A stretch of DNA of 60,577 nt, filler included, from Dugesia japonica (lineage: Eukaryota): assembly GCA_001938525.1 (NCBI GenBank). It is 5 parts of 5 records of this genome, joined end to end, with 100 filler letters (N's around TTAATTAATTAA, not from the genome) between each part and the next. Parts side by side here need not be neighbours in the genome. Positions count along the whole stretch, not along the records: positions 1 to 20,654 come from MQRL01598141.1; positions 20,755 to 31,493 come from MQRL01579954.1; 3 more parts are not named here. One strand, given 5' to 3'. The position numbers and the translations under genes are program-made. Under the pieces are notes generated by a model, which searched no databases, was not told where the DNA came from, and saw only the letters and a list, made by a program, of their open reading frames with translations. The first letter of the stretch is position 1, and each line of letters opens with the position of its first letter. Positions 14,701 to 27,441 of the stretch are shown in pieces.

Positions 14701-15641
14701 ACTCAAGTGTTATAATCAAATCCGTAAGAGGTATTGTAAGAAACAACAAGGTTACTGAAGAATTAAAAAGAAGTATTTTTAATTTTCTATGAGCAAATTG
14801 TACAAGAAATTTTCACGAAATTCATTTCTCTTTTACTTCTCAAAATTGAACTTCGAAACTAAATATTAAGTATTCGTATACTTGGATAAATCTTATAGTT
14901 ATTATACAATGTAGAAATTAACAGAGTTTACTGGCAGCCGAATTATCAAATTCAATATATAAATAATTTCAATGAATAAATGATATATATGAAAATTGAA
15001 AATGTAACACTAACAATTTACTTAACCAAGATTAACATTTATTATTCAAAATTCAATCACAAATTTGTACCAATATATAATATAAATAAATTTTAAAAAA
15101 TTATCTGAAAAAGTTAAAAAGTTTTATTCCCAAAAATTTAATAAAAATAAATATTTTATTAAATTTTTATAAAATAATATTGAAATAAATATTTATAAAA
15201 TTAACAATAAATAAAAAAGTAGTTATAACAATCATTATTTCTGGTTCTAAGGGGGACAGATATTTGTTCACATTTTTCATGTGTACCCGTCAAAATTCTT
15301 TAATAAATTGTTAACGAAAATTGCCAATTCTAATAATTGTTTTAATTATCAAATTTCATAATGGTTATAGTTGTGAATTTATTTTATTATTAATTATTCA
15401 TTAATTCATGTCTCAAAGATATTCTGTGCGTGGAAATCGGTATTTGTTTAATAAAATATTATGAAATCAGAATAGTTACTAGTTATTTCTCTGTTGGAGA
15501 CATTGATTCAACTTTTTGGCACCAATCGTGAATTTATAAATAATCTTGAATTTAATATGTTAAATGAATTTCTACGATAGAGGATTTTCTTATTATACTA
15601 AAAAATAAAATTTACTATAAAAGGTCATATATTGTAAATAA

Positions 15642-15645
<4 letters not shown>

Positions 15646-15708
<63 letters not shown>

Positions 15709-15758
15709 NNNNNNNNNNNNNNNNNNNNNNNNNNNNNNNNNNNNNNNNNNNNNNNNNN

Positions 15759-15825
<67 letters not shown>
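15646..15825. repeat. (AAT)n microsatellite with an internal N gap
   Basis: Direct reading. Confidence 0.95.
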
Positions 15826-15827
<2 letters not shown>

Positions 15828-16487
15828 TTTATTAAGAACATTTATTAAAGTTACTGGAAGCAAATGGATATAATAAACAATTACTAAATTCAATAACTTC
15901 GCAGACAATTGACAAAATATTGGTTGGTAATAATTGATTTGGTAGTAATTGATTTCGATAAAAAGACTGAAACTGTATTGAATAATCTTGAACCTGATAA
16001 CATTTTATCAAATTGTATAGGGCCATTTGTTTTATCGATTCCTTATTCTGAAAGTTTTAAAAAGTTTAAGAATTTGGTTCTGAAAGCTGCTAAGGATCTT
16101 CCTTTATGGAAAATTGTCTCTACTTCTCATAAGATTGTTAATAAATCCCATACACCAATTGGTTTGTGTTCTAACCTTGTTTATCAATTTAAATGTAATG
16201 AGTGTGATGNNNNNNNNNNNNNNNNNNNNNNNNGTCATCTCTGTACAAGGGTTCAAGAGCATAATCATCTTGGTGGTGGTAGTAATATTGCTGAGCATAA
16301 AAATAAAAATAAAAGTAATTGCAATGCGAATGCTGAAATGTCAAATTTTAAAATTTTGTCTAAGCAATTTAAGAATTACTGGGAAAGAGTGTTTTATCAA
16401 GCGTTAATGATTAGATTTCATAATCCAAGCATTAATGTACAGGCAGCTCATTCGACTAAATTAATTAAAAAAATTTTTTGGATATAA
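15826..16487 (+). pseudogene. 5'-truncated Penelope-like element: RT thumb end + GIY-YIG endonuclease
   Basis: LLEANGYNKQLL, LSIPYSE, SNLVYQFKCNECD-[gap]-HLCTRVQEH..SNIAEH..FKILSK..ALMIRFHNPSINVQ. Confidence 0.85.
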
Positions 16488-16875
16488 AGTAATTTTTCAA
16501 TTTTTATTGAAATCTTAATTTATTTTTAAAATTTTTTTATAGGTTTTGTATTTTATTTTTTAAAGTGAATTTTAAAAAATATTATTACTTCATAGGTTTT
16601 CTATTTTATTTTTTGAAATAAATTTCAATTTTCATGGGTTTTAAAAAATTTTAAAATAATAAAAAATTTTAATATTTTGGAAAAACATTATTGATTTTAT
16701 AGGTAACAGTAATAAAATATTATAATATAAATAAATTTGTTATTGAAAAGTTGTTAAAAAATTTAAAAATTAAGAATTTTATTTAAAAATTAAGAATTAT
16801 AGCTGTCTTATATTTAATATAATCGCATTAATCTTTGTTTGAATAATACAGACTGAATAAACTCATTTATTTCAT

Positions 16876-16920
16876 TTTTGTCTGATGATGACGGTTAATC
16901 CGTTGAAATATATAACAATA
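16876..16920 (+). ncRNA. Minimal type I hammerhead ribozyme (Penelope pLTR type)
   Basis: Stem I TTGT, core CTGATGA (16882-16888), stem II GACGG-TTAAT-CCGTT, GAAA (16905-16908), palindromic ATATAT stem III, predicted cleavage after A16914, then ACAA closing stem I. Same strand as, and 3' of, the PLE ORF. Confidence 0.75.
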
Positions 16921-18216
16921 CAGTTTTATTTTAAATGGCGTTACTTATTTTTTATTAAACATTTGCCATTGTTTTTTGCATATTTAATAATAATANNNNN
17001 NNNNNNNNNNNNNNNNNNNNNNNNNNNNNNNNNNNNNNNNNNNNNTTAAATGGCGTTACTTATTTTTTATTAAACATTTGCCATTGTTTTTTGCATATTT
17101 AATAATAATAATAATAATACCTGCAAGATTGTCTATATTTTCGTTTACGCTCATGTGAGACTTTTATATGTTAACATCTCTCGCCAATCGTCCTATTAAT
17201 AGCGATAATTAAAAATATGAAAATGTATTATAATTCATTAAGTACAACAACCATTATATTGAGTTTAACATTGATATAGTCAAATGCATTCATCTTGGTT
17301 TTCTTCTTTGTATTTCTTGATCATTGCTAAATCAGCAGATTATTAATAATTTTACAGACTATAACTGATTTTTATTATAACATTGAAAAAATCATTAATA
17401 AAAAGTTAAATGCTTTCCAATTATTTTCCACATTTAGTTCTATCAATTTTTAAAATTTTCTTTTTAGTAAGTAGGGAGATCTAAGACATAAAAATGTAGT
17501 CCTTTGTTCCGGCATAGACCAGGGAAAATAGAGGAAAAAATTTGTAGTTTACCGTGTTTCACGAACAATTTTTTTTGACCCAGCATGTGCAATTAAATCA
17601 ATTAAAAAGCCACAGAAAATTTGGATGCGCGTGTACGACGAAAAATAAAAATTGAGTTTTATAATCTCTTGGTACAACCATTGATCGTAAGCGCACAGAT
17701 TTTTTGTATAGTCAGATTCTTAGTGTTATGTTACGGAAGCTGCCTGACAATTACCCGACGAGATTATATTTAAACCAATATTTAAAACACAATAAAACTG
17801 AAAAAAACATTGACAAATTTAAAAAGATTTATTGTTCATGCATAAATACTTTTACATAAAACATAATAAAATTTTAAACACTTTAAATACAATTTGACAA
17901 GAATCATAAAATTTTAAAAATATAATTGAAAAACAACATATTTTTTGAAGATTTATAAAATATACGTAGATGGATGCATGCACATTAAACTGAGAACTAA
18001 ATTTGATCTATTACATAATTAATATACACATAAAAAGCTTGACATCTGACATATTACGTAATCACTTTCACGGAATCTGTCACTATATAAAACAATATAC
18101 AACTGCTATGTTGCATAAAAAATATTATCACTGTTAAATATAAATGAGAAAATAATAAAAACTGATAATCTAAATGTACATTATATAAGTCGAAAGATAG
18201 AAGCGCAATGCACCAC

Positions 18217-18440
18217 AGTAGGTAGATAGTGGCGCATTGGGCCACTCCCCCCCATGGTCAAGGTCAAGATGGCATATTATACTCTAATCTAATTGGTTGA
18301 AATTTTTTCAAGGTTGAATTTTGATAGTCAAAAACATATAGATCCTGCAATCTGATTGATCGAAGTGTTTCAAGTTCATCCAGCCCGACTTCCCTGCGCA
18401 GACTTAATATTAAAATTTCCTGCGCAGACTTAATATCAAT
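18217..18440 (+). repeat. Polinton terminal repeat, family C
   Basis: AGTAGGTAGATAGTGGCGC, C7 tract, GGTCAAGGTCAAG and CTGCGCAGACTTAATAT twice. Homologous to the inverse of 39407-39800. Confidence 0.8.
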
Positions 18441-18649
18441 ATTTTTTTATTTAATTTTTCAATTTTTTTCTCCTGAAATAGTTTTGTTATACTACTAAAG
18501 AAAAAAACTACAACTCTAAAACGAATATTTATTTGATAATATATATGATGTTGNNNNNNNNNNNNNNNNNNNNNNNNNNNNNNNNNNNNNNNNNNNNNNN
18601 NNNTGATGTTGTTGATTATATATATTATGATGTTGTTGGTATACAGGAT

Positions 18650-20511
18650 ATGGTCCAAATTTGGAAATTTAATTAATCCATACTTTAGTAGGTGGTGAAA
18701 GTCATATCCTCTCAAATTATGGAAGACTACTGGTAATTGATAGTTGATTCTTCTGCTTAAATGGCATTTATTACAGGTAGCTCCTATAAAATTGCATGTA
18801 ATATGATCTTGATCCCGAACTTGATTACTTAAACGCTTTTTACACAAATGACATATTTTACCATGTTTAAATTCCATTTCTTGGACTGGTGTCATAATCA
18901 GTTTCTTTTTTCCATCTTAAATATAATATGGNTATACTATATTATTACCGATTTCATCCACTGCCTTTAGGAAATCGTATAAACATTCATTTCCAACAAT
19001 CTGGCTGTATTTGACTTCATTAGTAAAATTATTTACCAAAAACAGTTTAGCTGAAACAGGTAAATGTTTCTGGAAATGTTTTTCATCACTTGAAATCAAC
19101 ATATATAACAAAAGGTGGGATTAAAGTTTTGGAGTAATCTTAAAACTCCAGATTCTTTTCTGTCAACATTTTGTATAATGTGGTGCCCGTCTGAATTTTC
19201 TCACAAACTGGCTCATGAGTCATGTAAGCCGTATAATCCCTAAATCCGTTAAGGCAATTCTTGCACTGGATTGATCGAATTCGAACACCATCCTTTTTAT
19301 ATATCTCTGTTCATCAATCTATTCAAATTCATTACTGTCGTGTAATGAAATTTGTTGGCATCTTCCAATAACAATAAATTGATTTTCTGTCCATCACATT
19401 TAGACCAATGTATAATGGCTAAATTCGAATGCTTCAGTATAAAGTCATCATCGTCATCCATTGATTGAGGGTTCCATGAAAAAACATTAAACTGATAAGC
19501 CCGAATTTTGCTTTTCAAATTTTGGTCAATTTTCGAGCTTCATTGACATGTCCCATTCATCGAATACAAGCCCGGACATGTACTCTTTACATTTTGTAGC
19601 TCGATATCTATGATTTTCCCCAACTTTATCCTTTTTGAGTACAGCTAGAATGCTGTATATGAAACACATATTGTCATTATTTTTTTTCTTTTTCAAATAT
19701 TTCTGTGTTGGAATAGAGTCTACTGATGTCTGATACCTTGGTGATTTAAACATTTATTTCCAATATGCGGCTCAGTATCCAACTGGATACAAGCTTGCTT
19801 CTTATAGCTATCTTTTCATTTAATTATTTTATTCCGTTTTTGAAAAACGAATCGCTCTATTAGATAATCTGCAAGTTTTTGTTTCATAATCTTTTTGAAA
19901 TTCTACATTAATCCCAAATTGGATCTTGGCAGTTTTTAATTCTTCAATAGTTTTAAATAACTGCTCAATCAAGGATTTCGGTACAGCGATTTCTTTCGTA
20001 TTTCACCTTGAAGCATTCATTTTCAATATCTGTTGACATCTATATAAATCATTTTCTATTATCACATCTTCATCGAGAGAGCCACCGATTTGTGCTTCTC
20101 CTTTATAAAAACTTATCTTAAAAACTTTGCATGACAATATATTTTCTATCCATTCCATCTCTGATTTTAAAATTATTCCAATCATCTTCAATTATCTGAG
20201 GCTTCACCTTCATTTCTTCATCTGGGATAACTATTACATCGTCTTTTCTTTTCTTCGATGNNNNNNNNNNNNNNNNNNNNNNNNNTATCATCCTTAATAA
20301 TTGGTTTTTATTTATTGTAAACTGCTCTAAGTGGTCTGCATGCAAGCTATAACAGTCTACATATTCACCTATTCCTATAGACCTATATGGTGGATATATG
20401 CAATACTTTTTCTCATATAAACACTGACCATAATATTTCTCCATAGTAATATGGCAGTCGTCTTTATGAGTCCGATTTTCGCAATAATGTTTGTACATTG
20501 TACAGCATTCT
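18650..20511 (-). pseudogene. Polinton protein-primed family B DNA polymerase (pPolB), N-terminal part and exonuclease region, decayed
   Basis: SIPT..KNNDNMCFIYSILA; INLLLLED..FHYTTVMNLNRLM; PPFVIYVDF (ExoI-like); KICHLCKK..VRDQDHITCNFIGATCNKCHL (endoVII-like); LPVVFHNLRGYDFH (ExoII). Confidence 0.85.
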
Positions 20512-20698
20512 AGAAAAAATAAGTTGTCTTACATTTTATAAAATTATCAAATAATATTCATAATGTCATGAAATTTAAACGTTTTGTGAGGTAGATTAAA
20601 TAGACAGATTGATTCAAGGAATTTTTTTGTGGCAAATCAATAAAAAAGTAATAANNNNNNNNNNNNNNNNNNNNNNNNNNNNNNNNNNNNNNNNNNNN

Positions 20699-20710
20699 TT
20701 AATTAATTAA
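20699..20710. other. Artificial contig spacer core TTAATTAATTAA (N44 either side)
   Basis: The same 100-bp all-frame-stop linker occurs four times in the window. Confidence 0.95.
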
Positions 20711-20793
20711 NNNNNNNNNNNNNNNNNNNNNNNNNNNNNNNNNNNNNNNNNNNNTTGATCCAGTTACTGATGGTGATGTTGTTAAACAACGAA

Positions 20794-21520
20794 AGTAGTG
20801 AGATAGTAGCGCATCAGAACACCTAGTCCCCCACGCCGGCAAGTGTTTAGAAAAACGTGTTTTTAAAAGTGTTCTGAAATTTGAGCATTTTGATTCGTTG
20901 ATAAAAATACATGGAAAATTTTTCGATTTTGGTTTGTCCAATTTTCGGCCGGGGAGTTTGAAAATTTTAATTTTCGGAATTTCATTTTTTGGCGAATTTT
21001 TATGGTATGACTTCAAATTTGGTATGGATAAACTTGTAATTAAATTCTGTATAAGAAAATAATTTTACTAATTTCAAAACATATTTGGTTCTTGCTACAA
21101 GGGTAGTAGCGAATCAGAACACTTTGACTTGCTTTATAAATTTCTCGGTAAATACATGTTGTATAGGTCTGAAAATGATAAAATTTGATTAAGAATAAAC
21201 TTCTAAACATATGTGGTATAGAGTTTGTAGTGTAAATATGCTTGGTTCAAAAGATAGAAAATTACCGGGTACCATGTCCCACCTTAGATAAAAGAAATTA
21301 TTTACTCTGTAAATACTTATGATAAGCAAACAAATTTAGTATTATTGAACTCAAAATGAAAAACTGAACATATTTCATATAAGGTTTGCTGTATGAAAAT
21401 GCTTCGTTCAAGAAATAATACATAACTATATAATTAATTATAAATATAAATAAATTAATAATAATTTTTATAGTATTTTTAAGCAATTCAACTCGAAATT
21501 AAAAAGCTCTATAAAAATAT
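20794..21520 (+). repeat. Polinton terminal module, family B
   Basis: AGTAGTGAGATAGTAGCGCATCAGAACAC start with an internal re-iteration GTAGTAGCGAATCAGAACAC near 21103. Homologous to 5674-6240 and to the inverse of 37965-39033. Confidence 0.7.
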
Positions 21521-22043
21521 AATTTCACTTTACTTAAAAATAAAGATATTATTAATATAATAAGATTTTTTTCAATAAAACGTTAATCTTTATTGAACAC
21601 ATTTGAGCTGGTTGATATTGTGTTGGTTTGTATTGATACACTAAAAATAAATGCATTAAGCTAATGAAATAATAATTAATAAAATACTACATGTTATTGC
21701 TTTGATCAAAGGTTTTATCATGAATCGTTAATTATTTACGTAAAATATCAGCCAAGTTAACTTCATTCTCTACTTTAACTGAATAATTAATATCAATATA
21801 CTTTACCATACTATCTATAATTTTATCAATATTCATCTTTATAAATTGAACAATTTGATTTTCGTTTATATTATTTAAAATCAATTAATCTTACATAGAA
21901 AAAAAATATTTTCATGACATCATATGGTTAAAGGGCATTTCAAAGTTAATTAATCACACATATTATATAATCTAAAGCATTACAAATCTTGCACACACAT
22001 AAATTGTTACTATATAAACCAAAAAATTTACAATATTTCATTA

Positions 22044-22655
22044 ATGACAATGCAAGAATCGAAAAATAGTGCAACAACCATTGGTTTCAAATCACAGAAG
22101 ACCTACTTTGACAAACCAATCACTTATTCGTTTCAAGTAACATGATCAAACGGCTATTTATGATATTCTATCAAAATATGACAATACCATGTCAATGAAA
22201 GATAGTGCTTTCATTGATTCAAAGAAAATCATAATCAACAAAGGCAGAATCATAGTGGATATACTAGGATAAAAAAACATTGGTAATGNCACAAAACCTA
22301 TTTGGGAATTAAAAAAGTTTGGAATACGCATGCAACAAGTTATCCTTACCAAGGAAAATGTGATGAATATTGTAATTGATTATGGAATGCCTCGGGATTA
22401 TTACCATTTTAAGATGAATTTCTTTCTAAAGCCGATTATTTATGCATTCCAAGTAAATTTGTAAATATTATTACTGTTATTATTACAATTTAGGATCCAG
22501 TTAAACTAAAAAGATATCCATTCAGCATGCAAATATTGGAAATCAGTTTAGAGGACAAGACAATAATCAACAATCTTTTATCAAGAATCGATACTATGTT
22601 GAAAATAGATGATGCACCATTAATAAATGATAAGGAATCAGATGAAAATAGCTAA
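22044..22655 (+). pseudogene. Polinton accessory gene of unknown function, two exons (intron 22453-22493)
   Basis: MTMQESKNSATTIGFKSQKTYFDKP..IWELKKFGIRMQQVILTKENVMNIVIDYGMPRDYYHFKMNFFLKPIIYAFQ, then a 41-nt gtaaat..ttag intron, then DPVKLKRYPFSMQILEISL..DKESDENS*. One frameshift and a premature stop. Confidence 0.55.
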
Positions 22656-22953
22656 ACGAGTGATAAAAGTACTTGATCAATGTAATATTCAAAGGATTAA
22701 AAAAAATATAACAATACATTTAGCCCTATTTGGAAGATAAAAACTGTTCAAGATTTTAATTAATAAATGTTTTAAACCATATTTCTTTATTTCTTTTCAT
22801 TAGTTATATACTACTTGGTTAAATTTCATTAATGGAATAAATAAAATACACACAATTCAAATTAACAAAATTTATTAAATATCACATTATTTGTAGTTTT
22901 CATACATTTGTATTGCACTAGTTTTGTATTTTCTCGATTAAACTGTTCAAATC

Positions 22954-23429
22954 TCACATTATATTATAAACTTGATTTTGACAATATAAATTCTTAAGAC
23001 AAAGTATCACAACTTTCTCACTAGCAAATAGATTAACACAGATATGATTGTATTTAGTAAGTCTCAATGCTGGAAATAATTCAGGTTCATACATACACTT
23101 GGTTATTCTTGCCAATGTATACAAATTAACTGTATAAACAATGTATACAAATTATATATTATTCTTGCCAATGTATACAAATTAACTGATTGATTCAAAT
23201 TGACTACAATAGTTAATGATTGTAACTGAATGTTTTTAATGTCATACTGTAAATGCTTTATTTCTATTGGTTTTCTGCATACCATGATTCTAAAGTTCCC
23301 TGATTTAAAGAAATTAATCGTATACTTTCCACTTTTATCGACTATTTGTGATGGTTTACTGATAGGAAATTTCATTTTACTGGTGATTTCTTGAGATACT
23401 TGTCCTTCATAATTAATATTAGCAATCAT
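22954..23429 (-). pseudogene. TATA-binding-protein (TBP)-like gene inside the Polinton, frameshifted by a 56-bp duplication
   Basis: Repeat 1: MIANINYEGQV..KYTINFFKSGNFRIMVCRK. Repeat 2 after repair: IQLQSLTIVVNLNQSVNLYTLARITKCMYEPELFPALRLTKYNHICVNLFASEKVVILCLK. Compare canonical TBP YEPELFPGLIYRM..IFVSGKVVLTGAK. Confidence 0.8.
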
Positions 23430-23516
23430 TAGTATTATTTAATAGCTTTCAATTATGGGCTTGTAAATAATTCGTTTAAACAATATAAACAAGGTTCTAA
23501 ATAATTAAATCCTAAA

Positions 23517-24139
23517 TTGAATAAGTTAAGAAATGATGCTATATATCAAATTGTTGATCCCAGTGGTAGTGGAAAAACACTGTTTGTATGTAAATTATTG
23601 AAATCCAATTTATTTAAATCAAAATTCAATAAAATTTACTGGCATAGAAGGGCAAACGAAGAGCATGGATTGATTCAATTAGAGTTTTCTAATATAAAAA
23701 TGACAGTTATAAATGGACTTGATGATAATTGGAGCAAGAGATTGAAACCAGGTGATGTAATTGTTGTTGATGATTTATATCAGGAAGCAGGTAAGGGCAA
23801 GGACTTTAACAAACAAATTTCAAGACATTGTAATGTGACTGTGATTTTCATTACTCAAAATCTTTTTTATCAAGGAGATGATCACAGAAACCGTAACTTA
23901 AATTTACAATACTTGATTTTATTTAAAAATCCAAGAGATAAAACAGTGGTTGATTTTCTAGCAAAGCAGGTTAATCCTAATAATAGGAAATTTTTATGGA
24001 TTCATTCAAGGATGCAACAGTAAACCCACATGGGTGTTTATTTCTAGATTTTACACAACAATGTCCAAATAAACTTAGATTACGATATGATATTTTNAAT
24101 CAAAGTGGAATTACAGTATATAAACAATTGAACAATTAA
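23517..24139 (+). pseudogene. Polinton A32/FtsK-like DNA packaging ATPase
   Basis: Walker A PSGSGKT, Walker B VIVVDDL, SRHCNVTVIFITQNLF, LILFKNPRD. After a frameshift near 23995: DATVNPHGCLFLDFTQQCPNKLRLRYDI. Confidence 0.92.
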
Positions 24140-24460
24140 AGTAATTATTTAATTATAAAATATCAGAATTTTAAAAAGTTTTAGTTGATCAGGTAAATGA
24201 TGATTTGAAAAACGAAAATACTTCAAAAATGAAAGGTAAAAAATTAACTGTAAAGAACAAGAAATAAACAACGAAGACTTCAATAAAGAAGAAGACAAAG
24301 AAAAGCATACAAAGAGGAAGCATATAACAAAGAAACAGGTAACGAAACAATGGAGCGAGTTCAAAAAACTATCAAAAAGATTGTGAAAGAAAATTTCAAA
24401 TGGTAATGGAAAATAGGTCAAGATATAAACAATCTGACTGTTTGTATTTAAATAAACATT

Positions 24461-24791
24461 ATGAAATTTAAACAAAGTCTTCCGTTTTTAATATATTGCT
24501 AAAGGTTCCAAAAGAGTAGACAAGAAAATTGTTACAGTTATTTCCAACATTTGTCATAAATGATTTGCTAGAGATAATTGTGAATATTGTTCGTGGTAAT
24601 TTAATTATCAGTAAAAGAAAGACAAGGACTACAACGTCATAAAAGGTCATTGCTTTCAAAGATACAAAGAATACAAAAATACAAAGAATAGGAAATTAAT
24701 GAGAAAAAATATATATAAACAAAAAGAAGGATTCCTTGCTGCTTTATTGCCAATCGCATTAGCAGCCTTAGGACTAGTACATTTTACATAA
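24461..24791 (+). pseudogene. Small basic Polinton virion (core/membrane-lytic-like) protein
   Basis: LLEIIVNIVRGNL..K/R-rich stretch..KQKEGFLAALLPIALAALG. This resembles the QxGGFLxxLL amphipathic C-terminus of small Polinton proteins found between ATPase and integrase. Confidence 0.6.
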
Positions 24792-24852
24792 ACAATGGGT
24801 AACTTACAAACATTATCAAGAATTTATTTCAAATTTATATCAAATTGATGTA

Positions 24853-25885
24853 ATGGACAAAGTCGAACCAATATGGACAGACCCAAAACATCCAGCAAGG
24901 TTCAAAGAAGTGGAAAAACTATGTAAAGCAACACACAATTTGAAAGGCGAGACAAAAAAGGGGTTATCAAACCAGTTAGCGTACAGTCTGAACAAACTAA
25001 TATTGAAAAGATTCCCAACAAGACCGTATAAAACCTTTGATATTGATGATTTATGGTAAATGGATTTTATGGAAATGATACCTTATTCGAAAATTAATAA
25101 AGGATACAAGTATATTTTGACACATATTGACGTATTCAGTAGATTTGCAGGAGTTGTACCGATAAAATCAAAATCTACTAATGAGATGGAAGCTGCACTG
25201 AAAACAATTTTCAAAGAGGAGCCTCCTGATAATTTGCAAACTGATTTGGGAAAACAATTTTATAATTCAAAAGTCAAGAATATTATTAATCATCTCAAGA
25301 TTAATCATTATTCTGTATTTTCACAATACAAAGCAGCATATATTGAATGAATTAATCAAACATTGAGAGATGCATTGAAAAACTACTTTATATATACTGG
25401 TAATAAAACTTGTATACAAGTTTTATCGAAAGTAATTGACAGTTATAATCATACAAGTCATAGAGGATTAAATTGAGCAAGAACTGTTGATGTATCATTT
25501 GATAATTCAATGAAATTATGGGTTTTGAGACAACAACCAAAAGTAATAANNNNNNNNNNNNNNNNNNNNNNNNNNNNNNNNNNNNNNNNNNNNNNNNNNN
25601 NNNNNNNNNNNNNNNNNNNNNNNNNNNNNNNNNNNNNNNNNNNNNNNNNNNNNNNNNNNNNNNNNNNNNNNNNNNNNNNNNATGTATGTGATTAAAGATC
25701 ATGAAGAAAATCTTATTGTTGGAAAATTCTATGAACAAGAATTACAAGTTATTCCTCAACCAAAAGTATTTAGAATAGAAAAGATTATTAGATCAAAGGG
25801 AATTGGAAAGTATAAACAATTCTATGTAAACTAGCATGGATATGAAAAACTAAGTTGAATATCAACATCTCAAGTAGAAAATTAA
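24853..25885 (+). pseudogene. Polinton rve (c-) integrase with C-terminal chromo-like domain
   Basis: DDLW*MDF, YKYILTHIDVFSRF, LQTDLGKQF, KAAYIE*INQTL, SYNHTSHRGL, GKFYEQELQ, FRIEKIIRS..YVN*HGY. Confidence 0.93.
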
Positions 25886-25902
25886 ACAAAGAAGAAAGAA
25901 AA

Positions 25903-26114
25903 ATGAGCAAAACAAATAATTTCTATACACGATTACCGAGTATTAGTTGTCCACGGATTCATCCTGATAATAAAGCAAGTAGATTTATTGTTGCACTTGA
26001 AAATTTTATTTAATTGAATGAACAATGGGAAATTGCCTTGATGGACTTTACCTTTATATATTCAACCTTTCAATTATATACTAAATCATACATCAAATAT
26101 GAAATCACAAAAAT
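25903..26114 (+). pseudogene. Polinton minor capsid (penton) protein, N-terminal fragment
   Basis: MSKTNNFYTRLPSISCPRIHPDNKASRFIVALENFI*LNEQWEIALMDF fits the FYxxLPSxS..PDN..SxF..L..WEVAL pattern. Confidence 0.8.
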
Positions 26115-26786
26115 GTGCAAATCAGTAGAATCGGTTTAGAATCTGTAACTGAAAAACCAAGTTTTGTATTGCTTGATGCCAAATTGATGGTTACAAAAGT
26201 TCAAATTGAATCATCTGTACTAACCGATCATCAAATGGGACTTGCTAAGCAAAATGATGTTTATCCAATAAGAACCAAGGAAATTCTAGTTTATGTAATC
26301 AGTAAAGATAGTACAACGTTTTATAAGGAGCAAATCTTTAGGAATCGTCTATTACCAATTTTTTGTTGGTAACATTTCAAAGCAGAGATCGATATAATGA
26401 ACACTTTAAAACATCAAGCTCGAATTTTGATCATTTCAATGTCAAATCCATAACTCTTTCAAAAAACAGCAATTATCGAGAATCATATGTTCAGGATTTT
26501 GAAAATGATAATTATAGCACATCAATCAGTAGTTAGAAATATGGGATATCTAAACAAGAATATGAATTGTAGAATAACACTTGAGGAGTTTAAAAACGAA
26601 TATTCATTCTTTACCTTTGTACTTGCTCCAGATTTTGATATTAATCAGAGTCAATTGACCCAACGTGGGAATAAGAGATTGAATGTTAAATTTGGAACTG
26701 TTTTGATTACACCAGCATATGTAATAATCTACGGAGTATTTCAAAATGAAATCACAAATACATCAGACAGATCAATACTAATGTAA
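26115..26786 (+). pseudogene. Polinton double-jelly-roll major capsid protein, C-terminal half
   Basis: DAKLMVTKVQIESSVL..YPIRTKE..NFDHFNVKSITL..ITLEEFKNEYSFFTFVLAPD..GNKRLNVKFGTVL..VIIYGVFQNEI..DRSI. Confidence 0.85.
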
Positions 26787-27441
26787 ACAATCTCAGTATC
26801 ATGAAAATAGTTGAGCAAAATGAAGTAAGTTTTGATTATTACTTTGATTTTATTTTTACTAGTTCAATTCAGATAAATCAAATTGCTACAAAATGGATTG
26901 GATCAGAGTTTCTCGGTGAAGATTTATTTCAACTATGAAGGCTGAAAGACTGTTATTATTTATTATTAATAAATTAATTATGTAATTTAGAATTTTAACG
27001 AACTGAGACATGAAGGTGTAGGATCTCGGATGTTTGTGAACGGAGATTCAAGTAAGTTTTTTTAAAAAAATTTTTTCTAAGTTAAATTTTATTAATATTT
27101 TAAAAACTATTATTAAAAACAAATATTCTATGTCGCGTTCCATGATATGTTATGTGATATGATATTATGAAGAAAGGCTCTATGTTATGAAGAAAAAAAA
27201 TGCTTTTTAAAAGTTTTTTTAATGAAAAAGTTCTATGCTTTTATCATTTTTTCTGAGAAAATTGCATCACTAAAATGATTTTTTTAAAGAAAATTGCATC
27301 ACTAATGAGATGTTTTATTTAAAATTACCACTCTTATATGTTTTTTAGATTATATATTTTATAAAGAAAAATGTTACTAAAATCATTTTGTTTTTATTAA
27401 AATTATGATTATATTATTATTAAATTATTAAATCATTTTAG

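Noticed and set aside
15593-15908. Poly-Ile/Tyr/Leu ORFs (also 43770-44003 and 47865-48173)
   Set aside because: Translations of (AAT)n microsatellites and N gaps.
16931-17119. Tandem pLTR-like duplication of the Penelope 3' end
   Set aside because: The two copies are identical and flank an N gap, so this is more likely an unmerged contig overlap.
21597-22020. Cys-rich minus-strand accessory gene in the Polinton
   Set aside because: Coding-like but with too many stops to define a frame or family.
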